Positions 1 to 10,059 are shown, counted from the first letter of the stretch. The stretch: DNA of 64,000 nt from an uncultured Armatimonadetes bacterium (GCA_963716175.1 OY970296.1:3104001-3168000); one strand, 5' to 3'. Numbers and translations are program-made. Notes: generated by a model from the sequence alone, not told the origin.

Positions 1-1731
1 TGGGATTACCGGCCCTTGCTCGAGACCTATCGCAAGCAGCAGGAGCTTCAGCCCTACTATACCTTCAACCAGGTGGGCATAGATCGCTACACCATCAATG
101 GGCTCTACCGCCAGGTGATGCTGGCGGCGAGAGAGCTGAACGCGGACGGCCTGCCGGACAAGAGCTGGCAGAACCTGCATGTGTTCTACACCCACGGCTA
201 TGGCGTGGTGATGTCACCAGTCAGCGATGTCATCCAATCGGGGCTGCCGAACCTGGTGATCAAGGACATCCCGCCCGTGTCCTCCGCACCTGAGGTCCAG
301 GTCACCAGGCCTGGTATCTACTACGGGCAGCTTACCGACGACTTCGTGATCGTAGGCACCACCCTGAAGGAGAACGATTACCCGCTGCCGGCCACCAACA
401 AGACCGCGGAAACGCGTTACTCCGGCAAGGGCGGGGTGCCCATTGGCGGCGGGCTGTCTCGACTCGCCGCCACCCTCCGGTTTAGCGACATCAACATCTT
501 GATCTCCAATGTCATCACCCCGCAGAGCCGCATCCTGTGGGGTCGCAACATCGCCTGGCGCTGCGCGCACATCGCACCCTTCCTGTCCTACGACCATGAC
601 CCCTACATGGTGGTGGGCACCGATGGCGCCCTCTATTGGATCCAGGACGCCTACACGCTCTCTGACATGTACCCGTACTCCGAACCATACGAGACCGACA
701 CGGGCCGCTTCAGCTATGTGCGCAACTCGGTGAAAGTGGTGACCAGCGCCTACGACGGGAGCGTGGTCTACTACGTGGCCGATCCCACAGACCCCATCGT
801 GCGCACCTACGAGGGGATCTTCCCCGCGCTCTTCCGCCCCATGGCCGAGATGCCCGTGGGCCTGCTCACCCACATCCGCTACCCGGAGGCCTTCTTCAAC
901 ACCCAGAGCGCGCGGCTCACCGTCTATCACATGACCGACCCCCGCGCCTTCTATAACCGGGTGGAGAAATGGGAGATCGCGCAGGAAAATCCGAAGTCGG
1001 TCGGACCTTCCGAGGGGCAAGAGGTGATGCAGGCCTACTACGCCATCATTCATCTCCCCAAGAAGCCCCAGCCGGAGTTCCTGCTGATGCTGCCCTTCAC
1101 CCCGCAGGGCAAGCCGAACATGGTGGCCTGGCTGGCCGGCCTGTGCGATGGCGATGCCTATGGCCGATTGCTCACTTACTATTTCCCGAAGACCCAGCAA
1201 GTGTGGGGTCCGATTCAGATCGAGGCCTCCATCAGCCAGGACACCGAGATCAGCAGCGACTTCACCCTCTGGAACCAGCAGGGATCGGCGGTGATCCGGG
1301 GCAACCTGCTGGTGCTGCCTCTGGACGACAGCATCCTCTACGTGGAGCCCATCTATCTGCGCGCGGCCCAGAATGCCATCCCGGAGCTGAAGCGAGTGAT
1401 CGTGGGCCGCGGGGACGGCCGGGTGGTGATGAGGCCCACTCTCTCCCAGGCCCTGGGTGATCTGCTGGGAGGCACCCCGCCCGGCCTGGTGGCGGAGCAG
1501 CCCACCTGGGCCGAGGTTGCACCCGCGCCCAAGCCAGCCGCCGCCAAGCCGGAAGCGGCCCCTGGGCCTGCGCCTGCAGCCCCTGGTTCCCAAGCTCTCG
1601 CCGACCAGGCTGACCGAGAGCTGAAGGAGGCCCTGGATCGTCAGCGCAAGGGCGACTGGGCCGGCTACGGCGAGTCGCTGAAGAAGCTGCAGAAGACGCT
1701 GGAGGAGATGACGAAGAAGGCGAGGCCGTGA
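1..1731 (+). CDS. UPF0182 family membrane protein, 5'-truncated by window edge
   Basis: Motifs DRY..G..RQVMLAAREL, YTHGYG, YDHDPY, VRNSVKVV, HIRYPE, RGNLLVLP, YVEPIYL are typical of UPF0182; frame open from position 1. Confidence 0.93.
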   Translation, partial: WDYRPLLETYRKQQELQPYYTFNQVGIDRYTINGLYRQVMLAARELNADGLPDKSWQNLHVFYTHGYGVVMSPVSDVIQSGLPNLVIKDIPPVSSAPEVQVTRPGIYYGQLTDDFVIVGTTLKENDYPLPATNKTAETRYSGKGGVPIGGGLSRLAATLRFSDINILISNVITPQSRILWGRNIAWRCAHIAPFLSYDHDPYMVVGTDGALYWIQDAYTLSDMYPYSEPYETDTGRFSYVRNSVKVVTSAYDGSVVYYVADPTDPIVRTYEGIFPALFRPMAEMPVGLLTHIRYPEAFFNTQSARLTVYHMTDPRAFYNRVEKWEIAQENPKSVGPSEGQEVMQAYYAIIHLPKKPQPEFLLMLPFTPQGKPNMVAWLAGLCDGDAYGRLLTYYFPKTQQVWGPIQIEASISQDTEISSDFTLWNQQGSAVIRGNLLVLPLDDSILYVEPIYLRAAQNAIPELKRVIVGRGDGRVVMRPTLSQALGDLLGGTPPGLVAEQPTWAEVAPAPKPAAAKPEAAPGPAPAAPGSQALADQADRELKEALDRQRKGDWAGYGESLKKLQKTLEEMTKKARP

Positions 1732-1747
1732 TCGGCCTGCCAGCGCC

Positions 1748-1775
1748 TTGCGCTGACGGGTGACAGTGCTATAAT
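1748..1775 (+). promoter_or_regulatory. sigma70-type promoter of hicBA
   Basis: TTGCGC-N16-TATAAT with TG extended -10; GGAGG RBS before ATG 1795. Confidence 0.6.
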
Positions 1776-1794
1776 CGGTGCGGAGGTCGAACGC

Positions 1795-2016
1795 ATGCGT
1801 TACCCGGTGATTCTGACCCCTGACTTGGAGGACGGCGGGTTCATCGTTGAGTGTCCGGCCCTACCCGGGTGTATCAGCGATGGAGGCACCGTGGAGGAAG
1901 CCCTTGCCAACATCAAGGATGCGATCGAGAGCTGTCTCGCGGTGATGCGGGAGCATGGCGACCCGATTCCAGAGCCCGCGGACCCGCTGCTAGCAACGGT
2001 GGAAATCGGCAGGTGA
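1795..2016 (+). CDS. hicB: HicB family antitoxin
   Basis: YPVILTPD.EDGGF.VECPALPGCISDGGTVEEALANIKDAI signature. Confidence 0.92.
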   Translation: MRYPVILTPDLEDGGFIVECPALPGCISDGGTVEEALANIKDAIESCLAVMREHGDPIPEPADPLLATVEIGR

Positions 2017-2240
2017 TGCCTCGGCTGCCGTCCCTCCCAGCCAGGGATGTGGTCAAGGCCCTGAGTCGTGCCGGGTTCGAACTCAAGCGGCAGACAGGCA
2101 GCCATCTCGTCCTTCGCAGCGCCTCGCGCCGCCAAACAGTGTCGGTGCCGAATCACGACCCCGTGAGGCGTGGCACTCTCCGCGGCCTCATCCGATCTGT
2201 TGGAATGAGCCCGCAGGAGTTCTTCGATCTGCTGCGATGA
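2016..2240 (+). CDS. hicA: HicA family toxin (mRNA interferase)
   Basis: ATG overlaps hicB TGA; MPRLPSLPARDVVKALSRAGF..RQTGSHLVL...VSVPNH...RGTLRGLI. Confidence 0.92.
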   Translation: MPRLPSLPARDVVKALSRAGFELKRQTGSHLVLRSASRRQTVSVPNHDPVRRGTLRGLIRSVGMSPQEFFDLLR

Positions 2241-2346
2241 TCGGTCGTCGAGCCGCCGCGCTCGTGTCACTGCCAGACCTCCGTGCTCACTCTCATCCCT
2301 CCTCTCTCCTGCCCATATGTGGTAATATCGAGCGGGCATTTGGCAG

Positions 2347-2829
2347 ATGATCGTGCTCGGCATAGATCCCGGACTGGCGGCCACCGGCTACGCGGTGCTC
2401 GACGCGGAGAATGGGCGGTTGCGCTTGCGGGATTCAGGCTGCGCCCGCAGCGCCAGCCGCCAGCCCATCGAGGCCCGGGTGCGCGCCATCTATGATGGCA
2501 TCTCGCAGGTGCTGGCCCAGTGGCGGCCGGCGATCGCGGTGCTGGAGGGGCTCTACTCGGAGTACGGATTTCCCCGCACCGCCATTCTCATGGGCCACGT
2601 GCGAGGGGTGATCTGCCTCGCCGCCGAGCAGTCCGGGGCGAGGGTGGTGGAGGTGTCGCCGGCCGAGGTGAAGCAGGCCCTCACCGGCTCCGGTCGGGCC
2701 AGCAAGGAGCAGATCCGGCGGGCCGTGACGCGGATGCTCTCTCTGCCCAGCCCGCCCGAGTCGGAGCACGTATGTGACGCGCTGGGCCTGGCCTTGGTGG
2801 GAGCGGCGCGAGCAGGTGTGTCATTGTAG
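2347..2829 (+). CDS. ruvC: Holliday junction resolvase RuvC
   Basis: VLGIDPGLAATGY, EVKQALTGSGRASKEQI, DALGLA. Confidence 0.96.
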   Translation: MIVLGIDPGLAATGYAVLDAENGRLRLRDSGCARSASRQPIEARVRAIYDGISQVLAQWRPAIAVLEGLYSEYGFPRTAILMGHVRGVICLAAEQSGARVVEVSPAEVKQALTGSGRASKEQIRRAVTRMLSLPSPPESEHVCDALGLALVGAARAGVSL

Positions 2830-2872
2830 GGCGGGTATCCTGCGAGGTCTCGGCGAAGCAGGATGCGCGCCG
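2826..2872 (+). repeat. GTAG-type REP hairpin overlapping ruvC stop
   Basis: GTAG + GGCGGGTATCCTGC / GCAGGATGCGCGCC imperfect stem. Confidence 0.7.
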
Positions 2873-2885
2873 GGAGGGCTTTCTC

Positions 2886-3512
2886 TTGATCTCGTATCTT
2901 GAAGGCCGCCTGCTCCAGAAACGGGATGACCGGGTCGTTGTCCTGGCTGGCGGCATCGGCTACGAAGTGATGCTGCCCGCGGCCGCGCGCCCCGCGCTGC
3001 GGCCTCGGCGCGCCGGCCCGGACGGCGATACGGTCAGGTTCCATGTCTCCTATCACCAGACGGAGCGCAACCCCAAGCCACTGCTGATTGGCTTCGAGTC
3101 GTTGTTGGAGAAGGAGTTCTTCGAGCTGCTGATCACAGTGGAGGACATCGGGCCCATCGCGGCCTGCCGCGCGCTCTCCGTGGATGTCGCACGCTTTGCC
3201 CGCGCCATCGAGGCCAAGGATGCCAAGCTGCTGTGCACTCTCGACGGCATCGGGCCCCGCAAGGCGGAGAAGATCATCGCCACCCTGAATGGACGGGTCG
3301 GCAAGTTTGCGCTCATGCCGGAGGCCGAGGTCCCGCCCGCCGCCGCGCCCGAGGGGGATTTTCGTGCTGAAGTCATGGCCGCACTGGTGGAGCAGCTCGG
3401 CCACACCCGCACCGAGGCGCAGCGGATGGTGCAGTCGGCCCTGGCGCGCCGGCCGGAGCTGGCAACGGCCGAGGAGCTGTTCGAGGAAGTCTACCGCGGT
3501 GAGAAAGCGTAG
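2886..3512 (+). CDS. ruvA: Holliday junction branch migration protein RuvA
   Basis: MISYLEG, GGIGYEV, HhH motifs (EDIGP, DGIGPRKAEKII); between ruvC and ruvB. Confidence 0.93.
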   Translation: MISYLEGRLLQKRDDRVVVLAGGIGYEVMLPAAARPALRPRRAGPDGDTVRFHVSYHQTERNPKPLLIGFESLLEKEFFELLITVEDIGPIAACRALSVDVARFARAIEAKDAKLLCTLDGIGPRKAEKIIATLNGRVGKFALMPEAEVPPAAAPEGDFRAEVMAALVEQLGHTRTEAQRMVQSALARRPELATAEELFEEVYRGEKA

Positions 3513-3637
3513 AAGCTGTTTCATCACCTCCCCAGGGGAGGTGACGAAACAGCACTGCACAACGCCAGGCAGTGGCAGGCGCATTTCATGCGAGGGCGTG
3601 GTGCGGCCAGCTAGCAGGTAGGTTATGAGATGCGCTC
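3512..3637 (-). mobile_element. 126-bp MITE-like element, copy 1 (TA-flanked)
   Basis: Reverse complement of 9752-9877 and 45827-45952; TA at 3510-3511 and 3638-3639; inserted at the ruvA TAG stop. Confidence 0.85.
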
Positions 3638-3643
3638 TAGTTT

Positions 3644-3692
3644 GTAGGGCGGCCATGCGAAGTCCGCCTCGGGCGGACGAGCATCGCCGCCG
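3644..3692 (+). repeat. GTAG-type REP hairpin
   Basis: GTAG GGCGGCCATGC-GAAGTCCGCC TCG GGCGGACGA-GCATCGCCGCC; near-identical copy at 57556-57604 (-). Confidence 0.85.
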
Positions 3693-3714
3693 GGTTCCCT
3701 CGGGGGTTTGTGGC

Positions 3715-4803
3715 TTGAGAAAACAGAGAAGCCAAGTCGCGAGAGCAGGTAAGCGCAGACCAGGGCAGGAGCCCGACGCCGAAGTCCTCGCCCCTCCCAC
3801 TCCCGAGGAGCGCGAGGACAAATGGAACCTCCGACCCCGCGTCTTCGCCGACTGCATCGGCCAGGGCGAGGTAGTGGAGGCGCTGCGCATCGGCATCCAG
3901 GCGGCGAAGGAGCGCGGCGACCCGCTGGATCATGTGCTCTTCTATGGTCCGCCCGGTCTAGGAAAGACCACCTTCGCCCGCATCGTCGCCAACGAGCTGG
4001 GCGTGCAGTTCAAGGGCACCTCCGGCCCGGCCCTGGAGCGCGGCGGCGACCTGGTGAGCATCCTCACCAATCTGGAAGAGAAAGATGTGCTGTTCATAGA
4101 TGAGATCCATCGCCTGCCGAAGATGGTGGAGGAGCTGCTCTATTCGGCGATGGAGGACTTCACCGTAGACATCATCTTCGACAAGGGCGCGCACGCCCGC
4201 ATCTATCGCTCTCGCCTGCCGCGCTTCACTCTCGCCGGTGCCACCACTCGCGCCGGGTTGATCTCGCCTCCGCTGCGGCAGCGCTTCGGCATCATCCGCG
4301 AGCTGCATTTCTACTCCGAGGCCGACCTGGTACAGGCCGTGCATCGCTCGGCCAAGCTGCTCGAGATCGCGATTGACGAGGCCAGCGCCGCGGTCCTGGC
4401 CCAGCGCAGCAGGGGCACCATCCGCATCGCTAACCGTCTGCTGCGGCGTATCCGCGACTACGCCCAGGTGCGCGCGGATGGGCGCATCACCCCCGAGGTT
4501 GCCGATGCCGCGCTCCGCCTGGAGGGGATAGACGAGCTGGGACTGACTCCGCTCGATCGCCGCCTGCTGGAGGTGATCGTCCGCCACCACCTCGGCGGCC
4601 CGGTCGGGATCGAGGCCCTGGCCGCCACCCTCCAGGAAGAGACGCAGACCCTGGAGGACATGGTCGAGCCCTTCCTGCTGCACGTCGGACTGCTGGCGCG
4701 CACCCCCAAGGGCCGCGTGGCGACGGAGAAGGCCTACCAGCACCTGGGGGTGGAGCGGGTAGAGAGAAAGGCCGCGCGGAAAGAGCAGAAGCCGCTGCTC
4801 TAG
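3715..4803 (+). CDS. ruvB: Holliday junction DNA helicase RuvB
   Basis: LRP..F....[36 protein letters not shown]; start moved to TTG 3715 because the upstream part of the ORF is repeat DNA. Confidence 0.96.
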   Translation: MRKQRSQVARAGKRRPGQEPDAEVLAPPTPEEREDKWNLRPRVFADCIGQGEVVEALRIGIQAAKERGDPLDHVLFYGPPGLGKTTFARIVANELGVQFKGTSGPALERGGDLVSILTNLEEKDVLFIDEIHRLPKMVEELLYSAMEDFTVDIIFDKGAHARIYRSRLPRFTLAGATTRAGLISPPLRQRFGIIRELHFYSEADLVQAVHRSAKLLEIAIDEASAAVLAQRSRGTIRIANRLLRRIRDYAQVRADGRITPEVADAALRLEGIDELGLTPLDRRLLEVIVRHHLGGPVGIEALAATLQEETQTLEDMVEPFLLHVGLLARTPKGRVATEKAYQHLGVERVERKAARKEQKPLL

Positions 4804-4827
4804 CCTGCGTACAGAGGCCCTGCTCCG

Positions 4828-4986
4828 CAGCTCTATGTGATGTTCCTGGAGCACCGGATGCGCACTTTCCAGGGCGCATTCGACATGAACCCTGGCTACA
4901 TGCACTGGTACGGGTGGGCGGAGATGCGGCGGGATCTGGTGGAGATCGAGCACGAGGCGGAGCAGCTTCGGGCGGCGAGGGAATGA
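4828..4986 (+). pseudogene. C-terminal remnant of a multiheme cytochrome c (hydroxylamine oxidoreductase-like)
   Basis: Translates QLYVMFLEHRMRTFQGAFDMNPGYMHWYGWAEMRRDLVEIEHEAEQLR, resembling the MF..HR.R.FQG.FH.NPDY..WYGW C-terminus of that family; no N-terminal part. Confidence 0.65.
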
Positions 4987-5019
4987 GCGCGGCCCGAGGG
5001 CGGAGGACTCGCTGCTGCG

Positions 5020-5745
5020 CTACACCGGCGCCAGCACCGCGCCGCGAATGCTGACCTTCGTCAGGCTCACCGGGATCGGCTTCCCTGACTCCTGCACCGC
5101 AGAGCGCACCGCCTGCACCAGCCCGAAGCAGCAGGGCACCTCCATGAACGCGACCTCGACCGACCCGATATCGTTCTCCCGTAGGATCTCGGCCAGCTTG
5201 TCACGGTAGAAGGCCGCGTCGTCGAGCTTGGGGCAGCCCACCAGCAGGATGCGGCCGGCGAGGAAATGGCGATGGAAATCGGCAAAGGCGAAGGGCACGC
5301 AGTCGGCCGCGATGAGCAGCCGCGCGCCCTGCAAGTACGGCGCCTTCACCGGCACCAGGTGAAGCTGCACGGGCCAGTTGCTCAACTGCGAAGGGACCGC
5401 CTGCGCGGGCTGATCAATGTCAGTGGCGCGGGTTTCCAACGTGCGCGCCGCGGTGCCAGGGCACCCGCACGGCAGCGTCGCTGGCTCCGCCTGTGCGCGC
5501 GTATCGCCCAGGTGCTTCTCGACCGCGGCCGCATCGAACTCGGCGGCCTCCCGCTCTTCGATGGTGATGGCGCCCTGTGGGCATTCGCCGAGGCAGGCCC
5601 CCAGCCCATCGCAGTAGGTCTCGCTCACCAGCCGCGCCTTGCCGTCCACGATCGCGATAGCGCCCTCGGCGCAGGCGGTGGCGCATTGCCCGCAGCCGTT
5701 GCACTTCTCCTCATCAATCCTGACGATGTTTCTGCGTGTCGGCAT
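5020..5745 (-). CDS. 4Fe-4S ferredoxin-domain iron-sulfur cluster-binding protein
   Basis: CNGCGQCATAC, CDGLGACLGECP, CGCPG, WPVQL, ADC, GCPKLDD, MEVPCC. Confidence 0.9.
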   Translation of the reverse strand: MPTRRNIVRIDEEKCNGCGQCATACAEGAIAIVDGKARLVSETYCDGLGACLGECPQGAITIEEREAAEFDAAAVEKHLGDTRAQAEPATLPCGCPGTAARTLETRATDIDQPAQAVPSQLSNWPVQLHLVPVKAPYLQGARLLIAADCVPFAFADFHRHFLAGRILLVGCPKLDDAAFYRDKLAEILRENDIGSVEVAFMEVPCCFGLVQAVRSAVQESGKPIPVSLTKVSIRGAVLAPV

Positions 5746-5757
5746 TCCGTTTACTCC

Positions 5758-6171
5758 TCAGGCGAAAACGTCGCTCAGCTTGCTCAGCCTGGTGCGCGCC
5801 AGGTAGGAGCGCACGCGCTCGTTGACCGCCTCCACCACACCGCCCAGGATGCACCGAGTGGCTGGGCAGGCGGTCAGACCGAGCAGGCACTTGCCGGCCG
5901 GGAAGGGTCCGTCAACGGCCTCGAACACCTCGAGCAGAGTGATCTGCTCTCGCTTCCCGCGCAGCACGAAGCCTCCCTTGGGCCCGCGCACCGAGCTGAC
6001 CAGGCCGGCTCTGGCCAGTCGCTGCAGCACCTTGGAGAGGTGCGCCTCCGAGGCCTGCAGCTCTGAGGCGATCTCTCCGGCTGCGAGCCGCTGGTCAGGA
6101 TGGGCGGCCAGCAAGACCGTGGCGTGAAGCGCCAGTGAGGCCGCCTCCGAGATATTGAGCATTTTCGGCAT
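5758..6171 (-). CDS. Rrf2 family transcriptional regulator
   Basis: SEAHLSKVLQRLARAGLVSSVRGPKGGF, ITLLEVFEAVDG, three C-terminal Cys. Confidence 0.93.
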   Translation of the reverse strand: MPKMLNISEAASLALHATVLLAAHPDQRLAAGEIASELQASEAHLSKVLQRLARAGLVSSVRGPKGGFVLRGKREQITLLEVFEAVDGPFPAGKCLLGLTACPATRCILGGVVEAVNERVRSYLARTRLSKLSDVFA

Positions 6172-6189
6172 TGCCTGCTCCCGCCTAAG

Positions 6190-6232
6190 TGGTATTTAGG
6201 AGTCACTATACCAGAATATGCCGGCCTGTCAA
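6190..6232 (-). promoter_or_regulatory. sigma70 promoter with overlapping palindromic operator (probable Rrf2 autoregulation)
   Basis: Minus strand TTGACA-N16-TATAGT; palindrome TGGTAT-N12-ATACCA at 6190-6213 overlaps the -10. Confidence 0.6.
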
Positions 6233-6282
6233 GAGCATGGCTGTCATGGTCGCGGCACACGGCGATCGCGGGGAGCCGTTCT

Positions 6283-6346
6283 GTAGGGCGGCCATATGCT
6301 ACTTTGCGAAGTAGCTTCGCTACGTAGCACGAGCCCATGCCCGCCG
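6283..6346 (+). repeat. GTAG-type REP with nested palindromic module in its loop
   Basis: GTAG GGCGGCCAT ... ATGCCCGCC; loop module ATGCTACTTTGCGAAGTAGCTTCGCTACGTAGCACGAG is also found at 22337-22385. Confidence 0.75.
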
Positions 6347-6457
6347 GGGGCGGACAAGCCTAGGCCGGCCGAGGGAGATTCGGGCAGGGGACACGCGGCT
6401 GCCCGACGATTGGAACGCTGGCAGGACGGCCGGCGGCCATGCCTGTGGTGGAGGTCG

Positions 6458-8314
6458 CTACCGCCGCAGGTACTTGCGCTTCGTCTTCTTGCGGCCTTGG
6501 GTCAGCTTGCGCTCGTCGAAGATCCAGACGTCTGATCCGGGGGGACGCTGGTAGAAGCAGTGATAGGAGGCCAGGTCGGAGGCGACGATGCGCCGGACGG
6601 TGCGGCGCACCACGTTCACCTCGGCCCACAGGGTCATGAAGGACATGCCCTTCTTGTGGCCCGCGCCCGCGCGCTCCATGATCTGGAGCACCGACCACTC
6701 CTCTTTCAGCGCCTCCCGTCTGACCTTCAGCAGCTCCTTAACGCGCTCTTCGCTGAGCGCGACTAGCGGGTCGGTGTCGCCGGAGTAGGAAACGTTAAAC
6801 TCGTCTGGCACCGACCCCGGCGTGACCACGAAGACTGCACCCGGCCTCAGCTCGCGTGCGGCGTACCAGTCCCCCAGCTCGTAGAGCAGGGAGGTGGTGT
6901 AGCTCAGCCACACCGGGTAGGATTTCTTGGTCTCTTGGTCCACGAAGGTGGCGCACACCAGGTCGGACTCGGAAGGGTAGAAGCGGCGGTCGCAGACCCG
7001 CACCTTGAGGGTGCCCGCCTTCCAGTGATCGTAGAGCAGGATGTAGCGAAGCTGATCGGTGGGCTGCTGCTCGGGGCCGATCTCGATCTCCTGCTCCTCC
7101 CCGAAGTCCTCGTAGCGGGGATCGTGGACCCAGGAGCTCAGCACCGGCTCCAGCCCTTCATCGTCTAGCTCGGCATCGGTCTCATCCTCCCCGGTTACCA
7201 CCGGCACCGGGAGCAGAGCGGCGGGCACTTTGTCGGTGTGTTTGGGCATCATATCGGGCAGCGCCCAGGTCTGCCGGCCCACTCGCACGAAGCGGGAGTC
7301 GAGCCCGAGACCGGCCACCAGCGCGTCCACGGATTCCTGGAAGCGCCGAGACCCTGGGCTGTGCTCGAATACCGCCTCGGCAAGTGCGGTGGCGGGCTGC
7401 GGGTTCTTCCGGCGGCGCAGGTACTTGAACACCTCCTCCAGATCGGCCGGGGTGATGATGACCGGGCCCTCCGGCTCCTCTTCTTCGGCCCACTCCGCGC
7501 TTTCTTCTTTCTCAGCGCGGCGGGAGAGCCGCTTCAGCTCCTGCTGATAGCCTTCGACCGATTCCTGGAGAGCCCACATGGCGCCGGAGAGCATGAGCAA
7601 GCGCGCCTCCTGCCGACACTCTTGGAAGAGCTGAACCGGGTCCAGGTCACCCTCCCGCAGCCGCCAGATGACATAGGCCAGGATTCTGTTGGGAATCGGC
7701 TCCTCGCCGCGGCGGATCAGCTTCACCACCATGTCCACCGCCGGCTGGTCCGGGCTCATGCGAGTCTCGAGCAGGCTGTCCACCAGGGGCCGTACCGCCG
7801 CCGTTTCCAGGAAGAAGTTGCGCAGGAAGCAGCGCTCCGGGTCCCGCTCAGAGGCATCCAGCAGCCATTCGCTGAGCGCCCACAGACCATCGGGTGTCTG
7901 CCAGTACTTGGGCCGGCTGCGCAGCGTCTCCAGCAGCAGAGCATCGAAGAAGTCCACACTCCGCCGGTGGATCACCGCCATTTCGTTCTGCAGGGCCGCC
8001 AGTGACATGGGCTTGCCGTAGGAGCGCAGCGTGTACTCGATGGAGCCCTCGAAGGAGAGCTGGGTGGCGAGCCGCAAGGCCAGATTCCAGCGGCGGTCCT
8101 CCGTGTCAAAACGGTCGCTGTAGTAGAGGGTCTTGCGGATGAACTTGGGATGGAGGTTGACGATGTCTTCCAGGGCGTTCGCGATCTCGCGCGACTTGGC
8201 TGCCTGCCCCGTGTTCAGCATCAAGTCGAAGATCAGGTCTTCGAGGTACTGGACCGCGAAGGATTTTCGGACCTTTTCTGCCTTCTTGGTCTTCTTGGTC
8301 CCGGTGGTGGCCAC
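6458..8314 (-). CDS. Hypothetical protein with repeated RNAP-delta/HARE-like winged-helix motifs
   Basis: Long ORF with probable GTG start 8314; four segments ending in F/Y...W(A/N)L; acidic linkers; basic C-terminus; own upstream promoter TTGACC-N18-TATATT. Confidence 0.75.
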   Translation of the reverse strand: MATTGTKKTKKAEKVRKSFAVQYLEDLIFDLMLNTGQAAKSREIANALEDIVNLHPKFIRKTLYYSDRFDTEDRRWNLALRLATQLSFEGSIEYTLRSYGKPMSLAALQNEMAVIHRRSVDFFDALLLETLRSRPKYWQTPDGLWALSEWLLDASERDPERCFLRNFFLETAAVRPLVDSLLETRMSPDQPAVDMVVKLIRRGEEPIPNRILAYVIWRLREGDLDPVQLFQECRQEARLLMLSGAMWALQESVEGYQQELKRLSRRAEKEESAEWAEEEEPEGPVIITPADLEEVFKYLRRRKNPQPATALAEAVFEHSPGSRRFQESVDALVAGLGLDSRFVRVGRQTWALPDMMPKHTDKVPAALLPVPVVTGEDETDAELDDEGLEPVLSSWVHDPRYEDFGEEQEIEIGPEQQPTDQLRYILLYDHWKAGTLKVRVCDRRFYPSESDLVCATFVDQETKKSYPVWLSYTTSLLYELGDWYAARELRPGAVFVVTPGSVPDEFNVSYSGDTDPLVALSEERVKELLKVRREALKEEWSVLQIMERAGAGHKKGMSFMTLWAEVNVVRRTVRRIVASDLASYHCFYQRPPGSDVWIFDERKLTQGRKKTKRKYLRR

Positions 8315-8492
8315 GCCCTGACCTCGCGCGAGAAACGTAAGAAACGTAGGCGAGCGGCGTTGCCTAGCACCCGCCGCTCCCCGTCGCATGGGCGCCGCCG
8401 CGCCCACGCCGTGCAGCAATATAGCACACCCCGGTTTGGGCGGTCAAGCGCCGGCGAGGGTCGGGTGCCGCCTCACGCGGGCGAATCGCAGC

Positions 8493-9396
8493 TCACTTCG
8501 CCCGGGGATGGGCCTGGTCGTAGACCTCTCGCAGCCGGCGGCGCGTGACGTGAGTGTAGATCTGGGTGGTGGAGAGGCTGGCATGCCCCAGCAGCTCCTG
8601 CACCGCCCGCAGATCGGCCCCGGCCTCCAGCAGATGGGTGGCGAAGGTGTGGCGCAGGGCATGGGGGCCGATGTCGTGCTGGGCGCAGGCCCGCAGCACA
8701 TGCCGGTGCACGATCCGGCGCGCGCCGCGGTCGGTGAGTGGTCCGCCGCGAGCGTTGACGAACAGATGACCCTCGCGCTGCCGGCCCGGTCGGCGTGCCA
8801 CCAGGTGAGGACGCGCCTGCTCCAGATCAGCGCGCCAGGGCGGCCTGGGCGGCCCGGCCCAGCAGCACGACCCGCTCCCTGCCACCCTTGCCCATGATGC
8901 GCAGCTCGGAGGCGCCCTCAGTCTGCGAGGCGGTAAGGCTCACCAGCTCCGAAACTCGCAAGCCGGTAGCATAGAGGGTCTCGAGCAGGGCGCGGTCCCT
9001 CAGCCCCAGGGGCTTGCTGGCATCGGGGGCGGCAAGCAGCTTCTCCAGGTCGCCGGGGTAGAGGAATTTCGGCAGCCTCCGGCGCTGGCGGGGAGTGGTG
9101 AGGCCGACGGTGGGATCGGAAGCGACTAGCTCTCGCACCCGCAGGTAGCGGTAGAGAGCGCGCAGCGCCGAGAGCTTGCGGGCGACGGAGGTGCGAGCAT
9201 AGCCGCGCCCGTACAAATCTGCCAGAAAGCGGCGGAGGTCAGGCGGCCGCACCTCTGACCATCCCTGCGCAAGGCCCTGTTCGCGCAGGAAGCGAGCGCA
9301 TTGCTGGAGGTCGTCGGCGTAACCTCGCAGCGTGGCGGGGGCCGCCCCTCGCGCCTCGCGCAGTTCGGTAAGGAAGGCGTCTATCTCGGGGTCCAT
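8493..9396 (-). CDS. xerC: Tyrosine recombinase XerC (1-bp frameshift near 8828)
   Basis: [58 protein letters not shown]; CGCTGATCTG reads CGC TAT CTG (RYL) if one G is removed. Confidence 0.9.
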
Positions 9397-9497
9397 GCCG
9401 GCTCGTGATCTCCGCGGAATGTTGCCATATCGGGCCGGTCTTGAGCTATCGGGTAGGTTGCACCTGAGGGCGCGGCGAAACAGCAGCCAGCGCAGCA

Positions 9498-9752
9498 GTG
9501 GAGGCCGGGTTGACGCGAGCTCTCGAGACGGTGGTGATCATTGTCGCCCTGTGCAGCCTCTGGCCCATCATCCTTGGCTACCAGTGGGCACAGGCGGCCT
9601 GGTACAAGCTCGGCCTGCTGGCGGTGGTGCTGGCCGCCATGGTCTGGGTCACCTCCCGGCGCATCTCCAGAATCCGAGCGGCCGCGGCCGAGGCCAGGCG
9701 CAAGCGGGATGAGGCCGAGCGCTCCGGCCGACCGCCCTGGCTGGGAGGCTAG
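9498..9752 (+). CDS. Small two-TM membrane protein
   Basis: Two hydrophobic segments and a basic tail; GC-biased third codon positions. Confidence 0.6.
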   Translation: MEAGLTRALETVVIIVALCSLWPIILGYQWAQAAWYKLGLLAVVLAAMVWVTSRRISRIRAAAAEARRKRDEAERSGRPPWLGG

Positions 9753-9877
9753 AGCGCATTTCATAACCTACCTGCTGGCTGGCCGCACTACGCCCTCGCA
9801 TGAAATGCGCCTGCCACTGCCTGACGTTGTGCAGTGCTGTTTCGGGACCTCCCCAAGGGAGGTCCCGAAACAGCTTC
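9752..9877 (+). mobile_element. 126-bp MITE-like element, copy 2 (TA-flanked)
   Basis: GAGCGCATTTCATAACCT...GAAACAGCTTC; TA at 9750-9751 and 9878-9879; inserted at a TAG stop. Confidence 0.85.
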
Positions 9878-10059
9878 TAGCCACAGGCGCCCCAGCCGGC
9901 GCTGGAGTGCAAGGGCACCGCGGCCGTGTCCGGACTCCTCCCCAGTGCTGCTCATTGACGCGAGCCCCCAGAGCTGGCATTATTGGTATGCTTTTTCCTG
10001 CATACACGCTAGACACGTTGGGTATGCATCCACTAATGACGGGCTGTGAGGGAGGACCT

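Noticed and set aside
3495-3555. Variable hairpin 4-mers of the 126-bp element matching flanking target DNA (guide-like programming)
   Set aside because: GTGA, GGGA and TATG do occur just upstream of the respective insertions, but 4-nt matches at inconsistent offsets in three copies are expected by chance. Worth retesting only with many copies.
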